Below are positions 36,263-46,430 of a DNA stretch of 64,000 nucleotides, in pieces. Each line of letters opens with the position of its first letter. The first letter of the stretch is position 1. Source of the stretch: Deferrisomatales bacterium (GTDB lineage: Bacteria > Desulfobacterota > Deferrisomatia > Deferrisomatales > JARGFW01); the NCBI GenBank assembly GCA_029211085.1, contig JARGFW010000004.1, forward strand, positions 971 to 64,970, given 5' to 3'. Position numbers and translations under genes: made by a program. The notes under the pieces are model-generated. The model did no database searches. It saw nothing but the letters and a program-made list of their open reading frames with translations, and had not been told where the DNA came from.

Positions 36263-37675
36263 ATGGCTGCGACAGAGACCAGCAGGGGCGGCACCCGCCA
36301 GCCCATGCCCGAACAGGACCCCCAGGTGCGCAGGCGCAACTTCGACGAGGTGCCCCTGGGGTTCACCCCCGAGGCCGCCCAGGCCGAGGCCGAGCGCTGC
36401 CTGCAGTGCAAGAAGGCCAACTGCGTGGAGGGTTGCCCGGTGGGGGTGGACATCCCCGGCTTCGTGGGGCGCATCAAGACAGGGGACTTCGACGGGGCGA
36501 TCGGCAAGATCTGGGAGATGAACAGCCTGCCCGCGGTGTGTGGCCGGGTGTGCCCCCAGGAGATCCAGTGCGAGGGCCGCTGCATCCTCGCCCGTAAGGG
36601 AGGCGCGCCGGTGGCCATCGGCTCCCTGGAGCGCTTTGCCGCCGATCGCGCCCGCAAGCTCGGCACCCTGGAACAGCCGCCGCCGGCGGCGAGCACCGGC
36701 AAGCGCGTGGCGGTGGTGGGATCCGGTCCCGCGGGGCTCACGGTGGCCGGCGACCTGATCGGCAAGGGCCACGCCGTGACCGTGTTCGAGGCGTTCCACA
36801 AGCCTGGCGGAGTGCTGGTGTACGGGATCCCCGAGTTCCGGCTGCCCAAGGAGATCGTCTTCTCCGAGGTGGGGCTGTTGGAGAAGCAGGGGGTGAAGGT
36901 GGAGTGCAACGCCGTGGTGGGCCGCACGGTGAGCGTGGACGAGTTGTTCGAGGATGGCTACGACGCCGTCTTCATCGCCGTGGGGGCGGGCCTGCCCACC
37001 TTTCTCGGCATCCCCGGGGACAACCTGGTGGGGGTGCTGTCGGCGAACGAGTACCTGACCCGCACCAACCTCATGAAGGGCTACCAGTTCCCCGCCTACG
37101 ATACCCCGACCCCTCGCGGCAAGAACGTGGTTGTGCTGGGGGCGGGCAACGTGGCCATGGACGCTGCGCGCACCGCCATGCGCCTGGGCGCCGAGCGGGT
37201 GCAGGTGGTGTACCGCCGTTCCCGGGAGGAGATGCCCGCCCGCGGCGAAGAGATCCACCACGCCGAGGAGGAGGGCATCGAGCTGAACCTGCTCACCAAC
37301 CCCACGGCGTTCCTCGGCGACGACAGCGGGCGGCTGAACGGCATGCGCTGCATCCGCATGGAACTCGGCGAGTCCGACGCCTCCGGGCGGCGACGCCCGG
37401 TGCCGGTGGAGGGCTCTGAGTTCGAACTGGTGTGCGATCTGGCGGTGGTGGCGGTGGGCTCCGGGGCCAATCCCCTGCTCACCCAGTCGACCCCGGGGCT
37501 GGGGCTCAACAAGTGGGGCTACATCGTCACCGAGGAGGCCACCGGCAAGACCACCAAGCCGGGGGTGTGGGCCGGAGGCGACATCGTCACCGGGGCCGCC
37601 ACGGTGATCTTGGCCATGGGCGCCGGGCGCCAGGCCGCCAATTCCATTCACAACTACCTCACCCTGGGTTGGTGA
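36263..37675 (+). CDS. NfnB/SudA-type NADPH-dependent oxidoreductase (glutamate synthase small-chain-like, homotetrameric type)
   Basis: Contains ERCLQCKKANCVEGCPVGVDIP and CGRVCPQEIQCEGRC, with dinucleotide folds VAVVGSGPAGL and VVVLGAGNVAMD. Confidence 0.88.
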   Translation: MAATETSRGGTRQPMPEQDPQVRRRNFDEVPLGFTPEAAQAEAERCLQCKKANCVEGCPVGVDIPGFVGRIKTGDFDGAIGKIWEMNSLPAVCGRVCPQEIQCEGRCILARKGGAPVAIGSLERFAADRARKLGTLEQPPPAASTGKRVAVVGSGPAGLTVAGDLIGKGHAVTVFEAFHKPGGVLVYGIPEFRLPKEIVFSEVGLLEKQGVKVECNAVVGRTVSVDELFEDGYDAVFIAVGAGLPTFLGIPGDNLVGVLSANEYLTRTNLMKGYQFPAYDTPTPRGKNVVVLGAGNVAMDAARTAMRLGAERVQVVYRRSREEMPARGEEIHHAEEEGIELNLLTNPTAFLGDDSGRLNGMRCIRMELGESDASGRRRPVPVEGSEFELVCDLAVVAVGSGANPLLTQSTPGLGLNKWGYIVTEEATGKTTKPGVWAGGDIVTGAATVILAMGAGRQAANSIHNYLTLGW

Positions 37676-37698
37676 GGCGGCGCACGGGAGACGGCACC

Positions 37699-38232
37699 AT
37701 GGACAAGAGCCTGCTAGCTGGATTCACCATCTTTGCGGAAGCGGATGCCGCCGCCCTGGATGCCATCGCCGGCACGTGCCGGGTCACCGAACACCGGGCG
37801 GGGGACGAGGTGTTCACCCAGGATACGGTCGCCCAGGAGTTCTACGGGGTCCTCGAAGGCAAGGTCGAACTGGTGTTGGTGTTTTCGGAGAAGGTGGTGA
37901 GCACCACCATCGAGTACGAGGAGGCCCTTACGGTGAGCCACGAGGTGCTGGAAAGGCCGTTCGTGGTGGAGACCCTGGGGGCCGGTGACGTGTTCGGCTG
38001 GTCCTCCATGGTGGTGCCCCCGGGGCGCTGGACCGCCACTGCCCGCTGTACCGCCCCCACCCGGGTGCTCCGGATGCCCGCCGCGGAACTGCAGCGCCTG
38101 TTCGAGGCCGACCCGGCCGTGGGCTACCGTTTCATGCGGCGCCTCGGGGGGGTGATCTCCCAGCGCTTGCACCACCGCACCGAGAAGCTGATCGATGCCT
38201 GGGGGGAGGCGTTCGAAGGGCAGGTGATCTGA
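37699..38232 (+). CDS. cyclic nucleotide-binding domain protein (no DNA-binding domain)
   Basis: 177 aa with a cNMP-binding beta-barrel pattern (FGVLEGKVEL...GAGDVFGWSS...ARCTAPTRVLRM). Confidence 0.7.
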   Translation: MDKSLLAGFTIFAEADAAALDAIAGTCRVTEHRAGDEVFTQDTVAQEFYGVLEGKVELVLVFSEKVVSTTIEYEEALTVSHEVLERPFVVETLGAGDVFGWSSMVVPPGRWTATARCTAPTRVLRMPAAELQRLFEADPAVGYRFMRRLGGVISQRLHHRTEKLIDAWGEAFEGQVI

Positions 38233-38330
38233 CCCCGGGAGCGCAAACGCCTCGGCAGAGAGGAATCCCAGGGCCCCTCGGAGACTCGCGTCCCGGGGGG
38301 CTCTGTATTTCGGCGCGGGAGAGGTATCGC

Positions 38331-39104
38331 CTAGGGGGCGTTCCTGGTGGCCCCCGCGAGGGCTTCCAGAAGGGCCGGATGGAGTGGGCCGTTGGACGCC
38401 GCCACGTCGCCATCGTAGGGGGTGAACCGCCCACCGCCGTGCCCACTCACCGTGCCGCCGGCTTCGGTAATCAGCAGGCAGCCGGCGGCCACATCCCAGG
38501 GCTGCAGCCCCGGTTCCCAGAACCCGTCCAAGCGGCCGCACGCCACGTAGGCCAGATCCAGAGCCGCCGAGCCGCTGCGGCGCACCCCCTGGGTGCGTTG
38601 GGTCAGGTGGCGGAACTCGTCGTAGTTGCGGGGGTTGGTGGCCCTGTCGTAGGGGAATCCGGTGGCCAGGATGGCGTCGGCCAGGACGGTTGTCGGCGAG
38701 ACCCGGATGCCGGCACCGTTGCGGCGCGCACCGAGGCCGCGCTCCGCCTGGAAGAGCTCGTCCCGGGTGGGATCGTACACCACGCCCAGGACGGTTTCGC
38801 CGGCCTGCTCCCAGGCGATGGAGACGCAGAACGCGGGGTAGCCATGGGCAAAGTTGGTGGTGCCGTCCAGCGGGTCGACCACCCAACGGTCCGCGCCACG
38901 GCCGCTGCTGCCGGTCTCTTCTCCGAGCATCGCGGTGCCCGGGGCGCGGCGCGCCAGCACCTCGCGAATCTCCTCTTCGCAGGCCAGGTCCACTTCGGTG
39001 ACCAGGTCCACGGCACCCTTGTGACGCACGCCGAACGTCCCGCCCCAGTACCGGCGCTGGATCTTCCCGGCCGCTCGGGCGGCCGCCACGGCGATCTCGA
39101 TCAC
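38331..39104 (-). CDS. inositol monophosphatase family protein (SuhB-like)
   Basis: Contains VTEVDLACEE, WVVDPLDGTTNF and WDVAAG motifs. GTG 39104 overlaps the upstream stop (GTGA). The long ORF up to 40508 is an artefact. Confidence 0.88.
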   Translation of the reverse strand: MIEIAVAAARAAGKIQRRYWGGTFGVRHKGAVDLVTEVDLACEEEIREVLARRAPGTAMLGEETGSSGRGADRWVVDPLDGTTNFAHGYPAFCVSIAWEQAGETVLGVVYDPTRDELFQAERGLGARRNGAGIRVSPTTVLADAILATGFPYDRATNPRNYDEFRHLTQRTQGVRRSGSAALDLAYVACGRLDGFWEPGLQPWDVAAGCLLITEAGGTVSGHGGGRFTPYDGDVAASNGPLHPALLEALAGATRNAP

Positions 39105-40408
39105 CGCACCGCCTCGGGCCCACAGTGGCCATCTCCGAACAGCAGGGCGCGCTCCGCATCCGACAGGGATTGCCGGGCCTGGTCGCGGAAGTTGTTCACC
39201 CCGGCGAAAAACTCCCGCATCATCGCCACCAACAAGTAGCGCCCGGTGGGAGTGAGGGTCAGACTCTCGGCGTCGTCCCGGGCAAGCGCGCCGGCGCAGC
39301 GCAGGAACAGCAGTTCGCTCCACAGCCCGCGCTCGATGGGCATGCCGAACTGCTCTCGAAACGCGCTCTTGTCCAGTTCCAGTCCGAACAGCCCCATCAT
39401 CAGCCGGTAGCGCATCTGTTCTTTCTGTGCGAATCGGCGTCCGGCCGTGGCCGGGGAGCGGCCGGCGGCGATCGCCGCCGCGTACTCCTGCAGGGAGAAG
39501 GTGTTGGCGTAGATCGCCCCATCCAGATAGCTGAACGCCCCACTGCCGATGCCCACGTACTCCTCGAAGTCCACGATGTACTCGTCGATCATGCCCCCGG
39601 CCTTGCGGGAGAAGGTCCAGGCACTGGCCGGCTCGAAGGCCCCCTGCAGGCCGTCGCAGAGGATCTGGTAGTACTCGTGCTCGCGCACGTAGCTCACCGG
39701 GCCCACCGTGCGAGCCAGAGAGCGGCGCACTGCCGCGGAGGTCATCAACGGATAGAAGGTGGTCTGGTTGGCTCCGGACTGGTGCAGGAACTCCACGTCG
39801 CGACGCAGGGAGCGCCGGGTCTGGCTCGGGAAGTTGAAGATCATGTCCACGTTCAAGGAGTGGAAGCGCCCAGCCACCTGCTGCAGCCGCTCCAGGATCT
39901 CCTCGCCGCTGCCGTATTTGTCGTAGCGGTCCATCTGCCGGAGCAACCGGTTGTCGAAGCTCTGCACTCCCACCGAGAAACGCTGTACCCGTTCGGCCAG
40001 GGGGTCCACCACCTCTGGGATCAGATGGTTGGGGTTGGTCTCGGAAGATACCTCGCGCACGTGGAACAGTTCTCTGGCCAGGTCCAGGGTGTCCACCAGT
40101 TCGTCCACCAGGATGGTGGGGGTGCCGCCGCCGACGTAGACCGAAGGGAAGTCGTAGCCCCGGTCGGCCACCTGGCGCATCTCGTCGCGCAGGTTGCGGA
40201 AGTAGGCCCGGGCGGCCTCCTCGGCGAAGGGGAAGCGGTTGAAGGAGCAGTAGGGACACAGGCGCTGGCAGAACGGCACGTGCACATAGAGCAGGTACTC
40301 GTGGCCGGGGCGGGGCGACGGCAGGGCCAGGTCGGCGGAGACGTCCAGGGACAGGACGCGTTGGTTGGTGCGGCGCAGCACGGCAGTGAGGATGCGTTCG
40401 GCCAGCAA
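39101..40408 (-). CDS. radical SAM coproporphyrinogen-III-oxidase-family protein (HemN/HemZ-like), probable TTG start
   Basis: Contains LYVHVPFCQRLCPYCSF (CxxxCxxC), VYVGGGTP and the HemN C-terminal domain. GGAGGG lies 8 nt before TTG 40408. Confidence 0.8.
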   Translation of the reverse strand: MLAERILTAVLRRTNQRVLSLDVSADLALPSPRPGHEYLLYVHVPFCQRLCPYCSFNRFPFAEEAARAYFRNLRDEMRQVADRGYDFPSVYVGGGTPTILVDELVDTLDLARELFHVREVSSETNPNHLIPEVVDPLAERVQRFSVGVQSFDNRLLRQMDRYDKYGSGEEILERLQQVAGRFHSLNVDMIFNFPSQTRRSLRRDVEFLHQSGANQTTFYPLMTSAAVRRSLARTVGPVSYVREHEYYQILCDGLQGAFEPASAWTFSRKAGGMIDEYIVDFEEYVGIGSGAFSYLDGAIYANTFSLQEYAAAIAAGRSPATAGRRFAQKEQMRYRLMMGLFGLELDKSAFREQFGMPIERGLWSELLFLRCAGALARDDAESLTLTPTGRYLLVAMMREFFAGVNNFRDQARQSLSDAERALLFGDGHCGPEAVR

Positions 40409-40837
40409 CGGCGAGGCCCTCCGGTTTGGGGGTGGGGACAGGGGCGGTGCCAGGCCGGCGCGGCGCGCCTCCGCTGACGCCCGGCGACGGATAACTATAA
40501 CAGGCCACCCGGCTCGGAAACTATGGTTGCCGACCACCGTTGTCCGACCCCGGGGCAGCCGACCCCGGGGTAGCTTGGGTTGGCCGGTGGAGCCTGCTAC
40601 AATCTGTGTCCTATGGACGCTACGACGTCCGTGGATGCCAAAAGGGGGAAATGGAGTCGCCGCTGCTGCTGTGCGCCGCCGGCATGCTGCTCCGGTTGGT
40701 GCTGTGGCAGGTTTTGGGGGGGGCCAGGCTGCGGCGCAACGACGGTAACCGGTCCCGGTCGGCGGCCGTACATAGCCAGATCCGTTGTGACCGCCTACCC
40801 TGGCGGGGCGCTGTTGACCCGAAAGCGAGGAATTGAC

Positions 40838-41257
40838 ATGACACGTACTACGAAAGGGATTGCGGTCCTGCTGCTGTGGCTCAGCGTAGCGCCCGTGGGT
40901 GCCCCGGCGGCGGTGGAGGCGGGGCTCTACAAAGACACCACCCAGGCCGACCTGGTGGCCGCCCCGGAGGGGTTCCAGTCCCAGAAGGTCCACGTGGTGG
41001 GCACATTCCTGTTCACCGGCAGCGACTTCTGCTACCAGATCCGCAAGACCACCATCAACACCCGGGATTACTTCTGCTTTGCCCTGGGAACTCCCAGCCT
41101 GGTGCGGATGTACTTGAAGAAGGACCATCCCCAGGCAGATGTGCTGTTGGGACTGGAGAAGGGCGCCACCGTCGAGGCGTTTGGCACCTTCGATTTCGTG
41201 GGCACCAACTACAACTTCATGGTGGTCGATGAGATCATCGTGGGACCTGCGGGATGA
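40838..41257 (+). CDS. hypothetical secreted protein
   Basis: 139 aa with signal peptide [29 protein letters not shown] overlap with the moaC start. Confidence 0.65.
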   Translation: MTRTTKGIAVLLLWLSVAPVGAPAAVEAGLYKDTTQADLVAAPEGFQSQKVHVVGTFLFTGSDFCYQIRKTTINTRDYFCFALGTPSLVRMYLKKDHPQADVLLGLEKGATVEAFGTFDFVGTNYNFMVVDEIIVGPAG

Positions 41258-41751
41258 GCCGTGATCCTCTGACCCACTTCGACGCCACCGGTGCAGTGCA
41301 CATGGTGGACGTTTCGGACAAGGAGACCACCCGGCGCCGCGCCGTAGCGGCTGGCAGCGTGTGGGTGGGTGAGGAGACCTTCCGGCGCATCGCTGCGGGC
41401 ACGGTGGCCAAAGGCGACGTGCTTCAGGTGGCCCGCATCGCCGGCATCGGCGCCGCCAAACGCACCTCCGAGTTGATTCCCCTGTGTCACCCCTTGCCGA
41501 TCTCCTCGGTGACCGTGGAGTTCGAACTGGCGGAGGAGGAGTATCGGGTGGACATCCGTGCCGAGGTGCGGGTGACGGGGCGCACCGGCGTGGAGATGGA
41601 GGCCCTCACCGCGGTGAGCGGCGCGGGGCTGACGGTGTACGACATGTGCAAGGCGATCGACAAGGGCATGGTGATCGGCGCGATTCGCCTGCTGCACAAG
41701 GAGGGGGGCAAGAGCGGCACCTACGTGCGGGACGGCGCCGTCGGTGGTTGA
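41254..41751 (+). CDS. moaC: cyclic pyranopterin monophosphate synthase
   Basis: Contains [25 protein letters not shown] and [12 protein letters not shown]. Confidence 0.93.
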   Translation: MSRDPLTHFDATGAVHMVDVSDKETTRRRAVAAGSVWVGEETFRRIAAGTVAKGDVLQVARIAGIGAAKRTSELIPLCHPLPISSVTVEFELAEEEYRVDIRAEVRVTGRTGVEMEALTAVSGAGLTVYDMCKAIDKGMVIGAIRLLHKEGGKSGTYVRDGAVGG

Positions 41752-41762
41752 GGTTGGTCGCC

Positions 41763-42620
41763 TCAGAAGCTGCCGTCGATGCTGATCAGATGGAGAAGTT
41801 GGCCGCTGTCCTGGAGGGCTGCCTGCACGGCGTAGCCCAGGTTGAAACCGCCCGCCGTGTAGCCGACGCCCAGGGACTGGTAGTCCACGCCGTTGTCGCC
41901 CCGCCACATGTGCCCCAGGCGCGCCGCCCACGGCGATGCGGGGGCCTGGTACTCGGCTCCCAGGTGCAGGTCCAGTCCCTTGCCGAAGTCCCGGTCCAGG
42001 TTGCGTACCAGGTCGGCAGCCAGGTTCCAGTTGCCCACCCCGGTCTGGGCTACCCCACACGCCACCCGCCGTTCCAGATACCCCAGGGACGTGCCCAGTA
42101 CATCGTACCCTACCGCTGCCAGCCGGGTTCCCCCCGGGCGCTCGAACAGAAACCCCACGTCGCCGTTGAACACCTCGTGCCACTGGGCCTCGCCGTCTGC
42201 CCGACCGTGCACGTAGCGCACGGTGAAGCCCCAACGCAGTCCCGGTTTGCCCATCGCGAGCCCTAGGCTCACCTCTTCTCGTTCCTCGCTGGTGGCTTGG
42301 GTGCGTTGGTACTGCAGCGCGCCGCCCATGGGTGACGTGATGTTGTCCACCAGGGTCAGGGAAAACGCATCGTACGGGGAATGGCGCCTCGTGGCGTAGC
42401 TGCCGCCGGAAAAAAATCCGCGCTGAGCGGCCAGGCCGGCGGGATTCACCCGCGCCGACTCCACCGGGCCGGAGAGGGCGCGCACCGCGCCGCCCATCCC
42501 CAAGGACCGGGCGTTCAGGAGGGTCGGATGGGGTACTGCTGCTCCCGCGGGCCGCAGGAGAGCAGCCAAGGCGAGCAGCAGCATCGGGACATAGCGTAAG
42601 GAAAATGGTTTAAGGAGCAT
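41763..42620 (-). CDS. outer-membrane beta-barrel protein (family not resolved)
   Basis: Signal peptide, alternating beta-strand pattern, aromatic C-terminal residue (...ISIDGSF). Confidence 0.6.
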   Translation of the reverse strand: MLLKPFSLRYVPMLLLALAALLRPAGAAVPHPTLLNARSLGMGGAVRALSGPVESARVNPAGLAAQRGFFSGGSYATRRHSPYDAFSLTLVDNITSPMGGALQYQRTQATSEEREEVSLGLAMGKPGLRWGFTVRYVHGRADGEAQWHEVFNGDVGFLFERPGGTRLAAVGYDVLGTSLGYLERRVACGVAQTGVGNWNLAADLVRNLDRDFGKGLDLHLGAEYQAPASPWAARLGHMWRGDNGVDYQSLGVGYTAGGFNLGYAVQAALQDSGQLLHLISIDGSF

Positions 42621-42728
42621 GGGCCCGCTGCTATAATGCGCAGTTCGATGATTTCAGCGATCATAGCACGCCGGTTTGGAGGGCTCCCAGAGCTTTCTCC
42701 TGCTGGTCGTCACGAGGGGAGTGAGCCC

Positions 42729-43088
42729 ATGGACGAAAAAGGCCTGAAGTTCTTTGAAGAGTTGTTGCAGTCTCGCCTGGACGCCCTGTTGAGCGAGGCC
42801 CTGGAGACCGTAACCGACCTCAGCGAAGGCGAGGAGAACTTCGCCGACCCCACCGATCGCGCCACGGCGGAGTCGGACCGCAACTTCCTGCTGCGCATCC
42901 GGGATCGCGAGCGCAAGCTGATCGTCAAGATCCAGGAGGCCCTGGAGAGGGTGGCCGACAAGACCTACGGCGTCTGTGAGGGGTGCGGTGAGGAGATCGG
43001 CCGCAAACGCCTGGAGGCGCGGCCGGTGACCACCCAGTGCATCGACTGTAAGACCGAGGCAGAGCTGCGCGAGAAGACCGGGTCTTGA
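42729..43088 (+). CDS. dksA: RNA polymerase-binding transcription factor DksA/TraR family
   Basis: Coiled coil with acidic tip (DPTDRATAESD) and C4 zinc finger CEGCGEEI...CIDC. Confidence 0.9.
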   Translation: MDEKGLKFFEELLQSRLDALLSEALETVTDLSEGEENFADPTDRATAESDRNFLLRIRDRERKLIVKIQEALERVADKTYGVCEGCGEEIGRKRLEARPVTTQCIDCKTEAELREKTGS

Positions 43089-43131
43089 TCCCGGTGGCGC
43101 CGCACCCATCCGACTGCCCGCCCCGGGTGTG

Positions 43132-43848
43132 ATGGATCGCCCCGCCGCGTTGCCGATCTGTGGCTCGGCTCGATCAGCCCGCGGCCTGCTCCTGGCCCTG
43201 CTGTTCTGCGTGCCGCTGCTCAGCGGCTATGTTCTCCCCTCCGCCAAGGTGTTGCAGCGTTGGTCCCGTGACGGCCAACGTCCCACGGTCGGGTTGCCGG
43301 CCCTGGTCCCGGTGCGGCTGCAGGGGCGCGACGGACAGCTCTACCTGGACCAGAACGGAAACCACGCCCTGGCGGTAGAGGGGACACGGTATGCTGCAGA
43401 CGCCGGTCCAGCGGCCCTTTGGCGTATGCTGGATCTGCTGCTGGCGCCGGACGAAGAGACCGCCGTGGCGGCTCTCGAGGGCGCCGGGGTGGACCTGACC
43501 CGGGCCGGTTACGCTCGTGACGACTGCTCCGCCGATGGGGTCGCCCACACCCTGGGAGCCCGGGGCGAGGGCGAGGCAGGGCTCCATCAGGTGTGGTTCG
43601 GCCGCAGTCCGCTACGTCCCTGTCGCATGCGCGTGGGTGGTGACGAGGTGGAGGTCGGTCTGCCCGGAGGCGATGGCTGGCCTGCCTGGTTTCGGTTGGG
43701 AGGCGGGGTCCTGTTGGAGGTGGCCGGGGCGCCGGTGCCTGCTCCATCCCGGCCCAGCTGGGCAGTGCCCGCGGTGTCCCCGTTTGCTCCTGACCGCTCC
43801 GCCCCCCTGGGCGACTGGCGACGCGCCTTCGACCCATCTCGGCCTTGA
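43132..43848 (+). CDS. hypothetical protein with N-terminal signal/anchor
   Basis: 238 aa. Its stop overlaps the priA start region. No family recognised. Confidence 0.5.
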   Translation: MDRPAALPICGSARSARGLLLALLFCVPLLSGYVLPSAKVLQRWSRDGQRPTVGLPALVPVRLQGRDGQLYLDQNGNHALAVEGTRYAADAGPAALWRMLDLLLAPDEETAVAALEGAGVDLTRAGYARDDCSADGVAHTLGARGEGEAGLHQVWFGRSPLRPCRMRVGGDEVEVGLPGGDGWPAWFRLGGGVLLEVAGAPVPAPSRPSWAVPAVSPFAPDRSAPLGDWRRAFDPSRP

Positions 43849-43850
43849 CC

Positions 43851-46268
43851 ATGGCGACGGGCCCGTTTGCCCGGGTCGCCGTGGCCCGCCCCCTGCAACA
43901 CCTCCTGCACTACCGCATCCCCCCACACCTGGCGACGGACGTAGCGCCCGGCGTGCGCTGTGTCGTGCCCCTGGGCAAGGCCCGCTGTGTCGGGTTCGTG
44001 GTCGCCGTGGACCCGGCGGCCGGCACCCCAGAGGTACGCGAACTGCTCGAGGTGCTCGACCCCACCCCGTGCCTGCCTGCCGATCTGTTGCACCTGGGGT
44101 TGTGGCTCGCGGCCTACTATCACTACCCCCCGGGGGAGGCGCTGGCCACCTTGTTGCCGCCAGGCCAACGAGCCGGCGCCGAGGTGTGTTACCGCGCCGG
44201 TGGGCGGGAGGATCCCCCGGTGCAGGCCGTCGATCAGGGGCTGTGGGAGGACCTGCGCCGTGGTGGGGCACTGGTCCAAAAACAATTGAAGGCGGGGCAG
44301 CACCAGGCGCTGACGCGCTTGGTGTCCAGCGGTCATGCGGTACGTGAGTGGGTGGTCTCCCCGCCCCCGGCGCTGCGCCCCCAGGTGTGGTACCGGCTCG
44401 CCGCGGGCTGTCCCGACCCGACACAACGGGAAGCCCGGGCGCCCCGCCAGGCCGAGGTGCTGGCAGCCCTGGCCGGCGGCGAGCGCAGTGCCACCCAGTT
44501 GCGCCGCGCCGGGGTGGAGCCAGCTGCCCTGCGACGGCTGGAACGGCGCGACTGGGTGCTGCGCAGGGAACTTCCCCCCCTGGGCATGGATCCGCGAGAC
44601 TGCAGCCTTCCCGATCCCGGCTGTCGGCCGAAGTTGTCGGGGGACCAGCAGCGGGCGGTGGCGGCCGCCGAGGCAGGTTTGGACGGCGGCGGGTTTGCCA
44701 CCATCCTGCTGCGGGGGGTCACCGGCAGCGGCAAGACCGAGGTGTACATCCGTGCCGCCGAGGCGGCCCGTCGGGCTGGCCGTGGGGTGGTGGTGCTGGT
44801 GCCCGAGATCGGACTCACTCCCCAGATGCTGGGGCGGTTCCTGGCGGTGTTCGGCGACCAGGTGGCGGTGTTGCACAGCGGCCTGGGGGCGCGGGAGCGA
44901 CGCATCCAGTGGCGGCGCGTCCGCGACGGCGAGGCACCGGTGGTGCTGGGAGCCCGTTCTGCGGTGTTTGCCCCGGTGCCCGACCTGGGCCTGGTGGTGG
45001 TGGATGAGGAACACGAGGCGTCCTATAAACAGGACGACGGCCTGCGCTACCACGCCAAACACGCGGCCCTGGTCCGCGCCCGACACTGTGGTGCGGTCGC
45101 CCTGTTGGGCTCGGCCACACCCGATCTGGAGTCCCACTGGAACGGCGAGCGGGGGCGCTACCAGGCGCTCGTGTTGCCCCGGCGGGTGGGAGGGGCGCAG
45201 CCGCCCGTCGTGCACGTGGTGGATCTGCGCCAGGAGGAAGGGCGCCGGCGCAGCCGGGTGCTGCTCTCCGAGCCCTTGCGGGCCGCCGTGGATGCCGCGT
45301 TGCCCCGCGGGGAGCAGATCCTGTTCTACCTCAACCGCCGCGGGTTCAGTCCGGCCCTGGTGTGTCGCACCTGTGGGCAGGCCGTGGCCTGCGGCCACTG
45401 CACGATCGCGTTGACGCTGCACCGAACGCCCCGGGCTGGGTTGGGGGAACTGGTGTGCCACTACTGTGGCCACCGCCGCCCGGCCCCACCGAACTGCCCC
45501 CACTGTGGCGCGGCGGGGCTGGTGCCCGCCGGGATCGGCACCCAGCAGCTGGTGGATGCCGTGCGGGCGGCGTGGCCCGTGGCTCGGGTGGTACGCCTGG
45601 ACCGGGATGCGGTGCGCCGGGCCTCGGGAGCCGAGGTTCTGGGGCCGTTTCACCGCGGTGAGGCCGAGATACTGGTGGGCACCCAGATGGTGGCCAAGGG
45701 CCACCACTTCCCGCGGCTCACCGTGGTGGGGGTGATCGATGCCGACTTGTCCTTGAATTTTCCGGATTTCCGGGCTACCGAACGCACCTTCCAGGTCCTC
45801 ACCCAGGTGGCCGGTCGGGCCGGACGCGAGGAGCGCCCCGGGACGGCGTTCCTGCAGACCCGCAACCCCTACCACCCTGCGCTCACCGCGGCGGTGGCGG
45901 GCGACTTCGGTGCCTTCGCCCGCCAGGAGCTGGTCCTGCGCGAAGAAGCTGGGTTTCCGCCGTTCCGCCGCCTGGCCCTGGTGCGCACGTCCTCCCCCGA
46001 CGAGGCTGCGGCCCGGGGAGCGGCCCAGAGCGCGGCCGAGACGGCGAGTGCCCTGCTGGCCCGCCACGGCGGGGACCTGCTGGGGCCGGCTCCGGCACCG
46101 GTGGAGCGGATCCGGGGCCGCTGGCGCTACCACCTGCTGCTGCGGGCCCCCGGCCCCGACCCTGCTCCCCTGCAGCGGGTTTTGCGGGGCTTGCTCGCCG
46201 CCCCCGCAGGCCGCCCGGCCGGGAACGTGCAACTGGTGGTAGATGTGGATCCGGTGAACTTGTTGTGA
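43851..46268 (+). CDS. priA: primosomal protein N' (replication restart helicase PriA)
   Basis: Contains GVTGSGKTEVY and DEEHE, plus a Cys-rich zinc insertion (CRTCG...CGHC...CHYCG...CPHCG). Confidence 0.93.
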   Translation: MATGPFARVAVARPLQHLLHYRIPPHLATDVAPGVRCVVPLGKARCVGFVVAVDPAAGTPEVRELLEVLDPTPCLPADLLHLGLWLAAYYHYPPGEALATLLPPGQRAGAEVCYRAGGREDPPVQAVDQGLWEDLRRGGALVQKQLKAGQHQALTRLVSSGHAVREWVVSPPPALRPQVWYRLAAGCPDPTQREARAPRQAEVLAALAGGERSATQLRRAGVEPAALRRLERRDWVLRRELPPLGMDPRDCSLPDPGCRPKLSGDQQRAVAAAEAGLDGGGFATILLRGVTGSGKTEVYIRAAEAARRAGRGVVVLVPEIGLTPQMLGRFLAVFGDQVAVLHSGLGARERRIQWRRVRDGEAPVVLGARSAVFAPVPDLGLVVVDEEHEASYKQDDGLRYHAKHAALVRARHCGAVALLGSATPDLESHWNGERGRYQALVLPRRVGGAQPPVVHVVDLRQEEGRRRSRVLLSEPLRAAVDAALPRGEQILFYLNRRGFSPALVCRTCGQAVACGHCTIALTLHRTPRAGLGELVCHYCGHRRPAPPNCPHCGAAGLVPAGIGTQQLVDAVRAAWPVARVVRLDRDAVRRASGAEVLGPFHRGEAEILVGTQMVAKGHHFPRLTVVGVIDADLSLNFPDFRATERTFQVLTQVAGRAGREERPGTAFLQTRNPYHPALTAAVAGDFGAFARQELVLREEAGFPPFRRLALVRTSSPDEAAARGAAQSAAETASALLARHGGDLLGPAPAPVERIRGRWRYHLLLRAPGPDPAPLQRVLRGLLAAPAGRPAGNVQLVVDVDPVNLL

Positions 46269-46430
46269 GGCCGTGACGGGTGACGCGTGATGCGAAAATA
46301 CCGGTCTGGTTCGCCCCGTGGACACGCAGCATCGGGCACCTGACCTGCGGTTTGCCTCTCCACGTCTTACGGCTCAGGTTGCACATCCTTCGTCCCCTCG
46401 CTTGAAATCGCCCCCCCGGGGGACTATGGT

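Noticed and set aside
39105-40508. N-terminal 468 codons of the 725-aa ORF 38331-40508
   Set aside because: Only the C-terminal 257 aa are IMPase-like. The upstream part overlaps the HemN-like gene in another frame and is P/R-rich. GTG 39104 overlapping the HemN-like stop (GTGA) gives a full-length IMPase.
40408-40838. Moco riboswitch upstream of moaC
   Set aside because: moaC is preceded by another CDS, and I could not recognise the conserved Moco-motif elements. It needs an Infernal scan, so it is kept only as a low-interest note.
43587-46325. 912-aa minus-strand ORF
   Set aside because: It is antisense to priA, low-complexity and R/G/P/H-rich, and has no motifs, so it is a GC artefact. 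The same applies to 39-1694(-), 23573-24919(-), 35392-36927(-), 36245-37651(-), 56477-57877(-) and similar ORFs.
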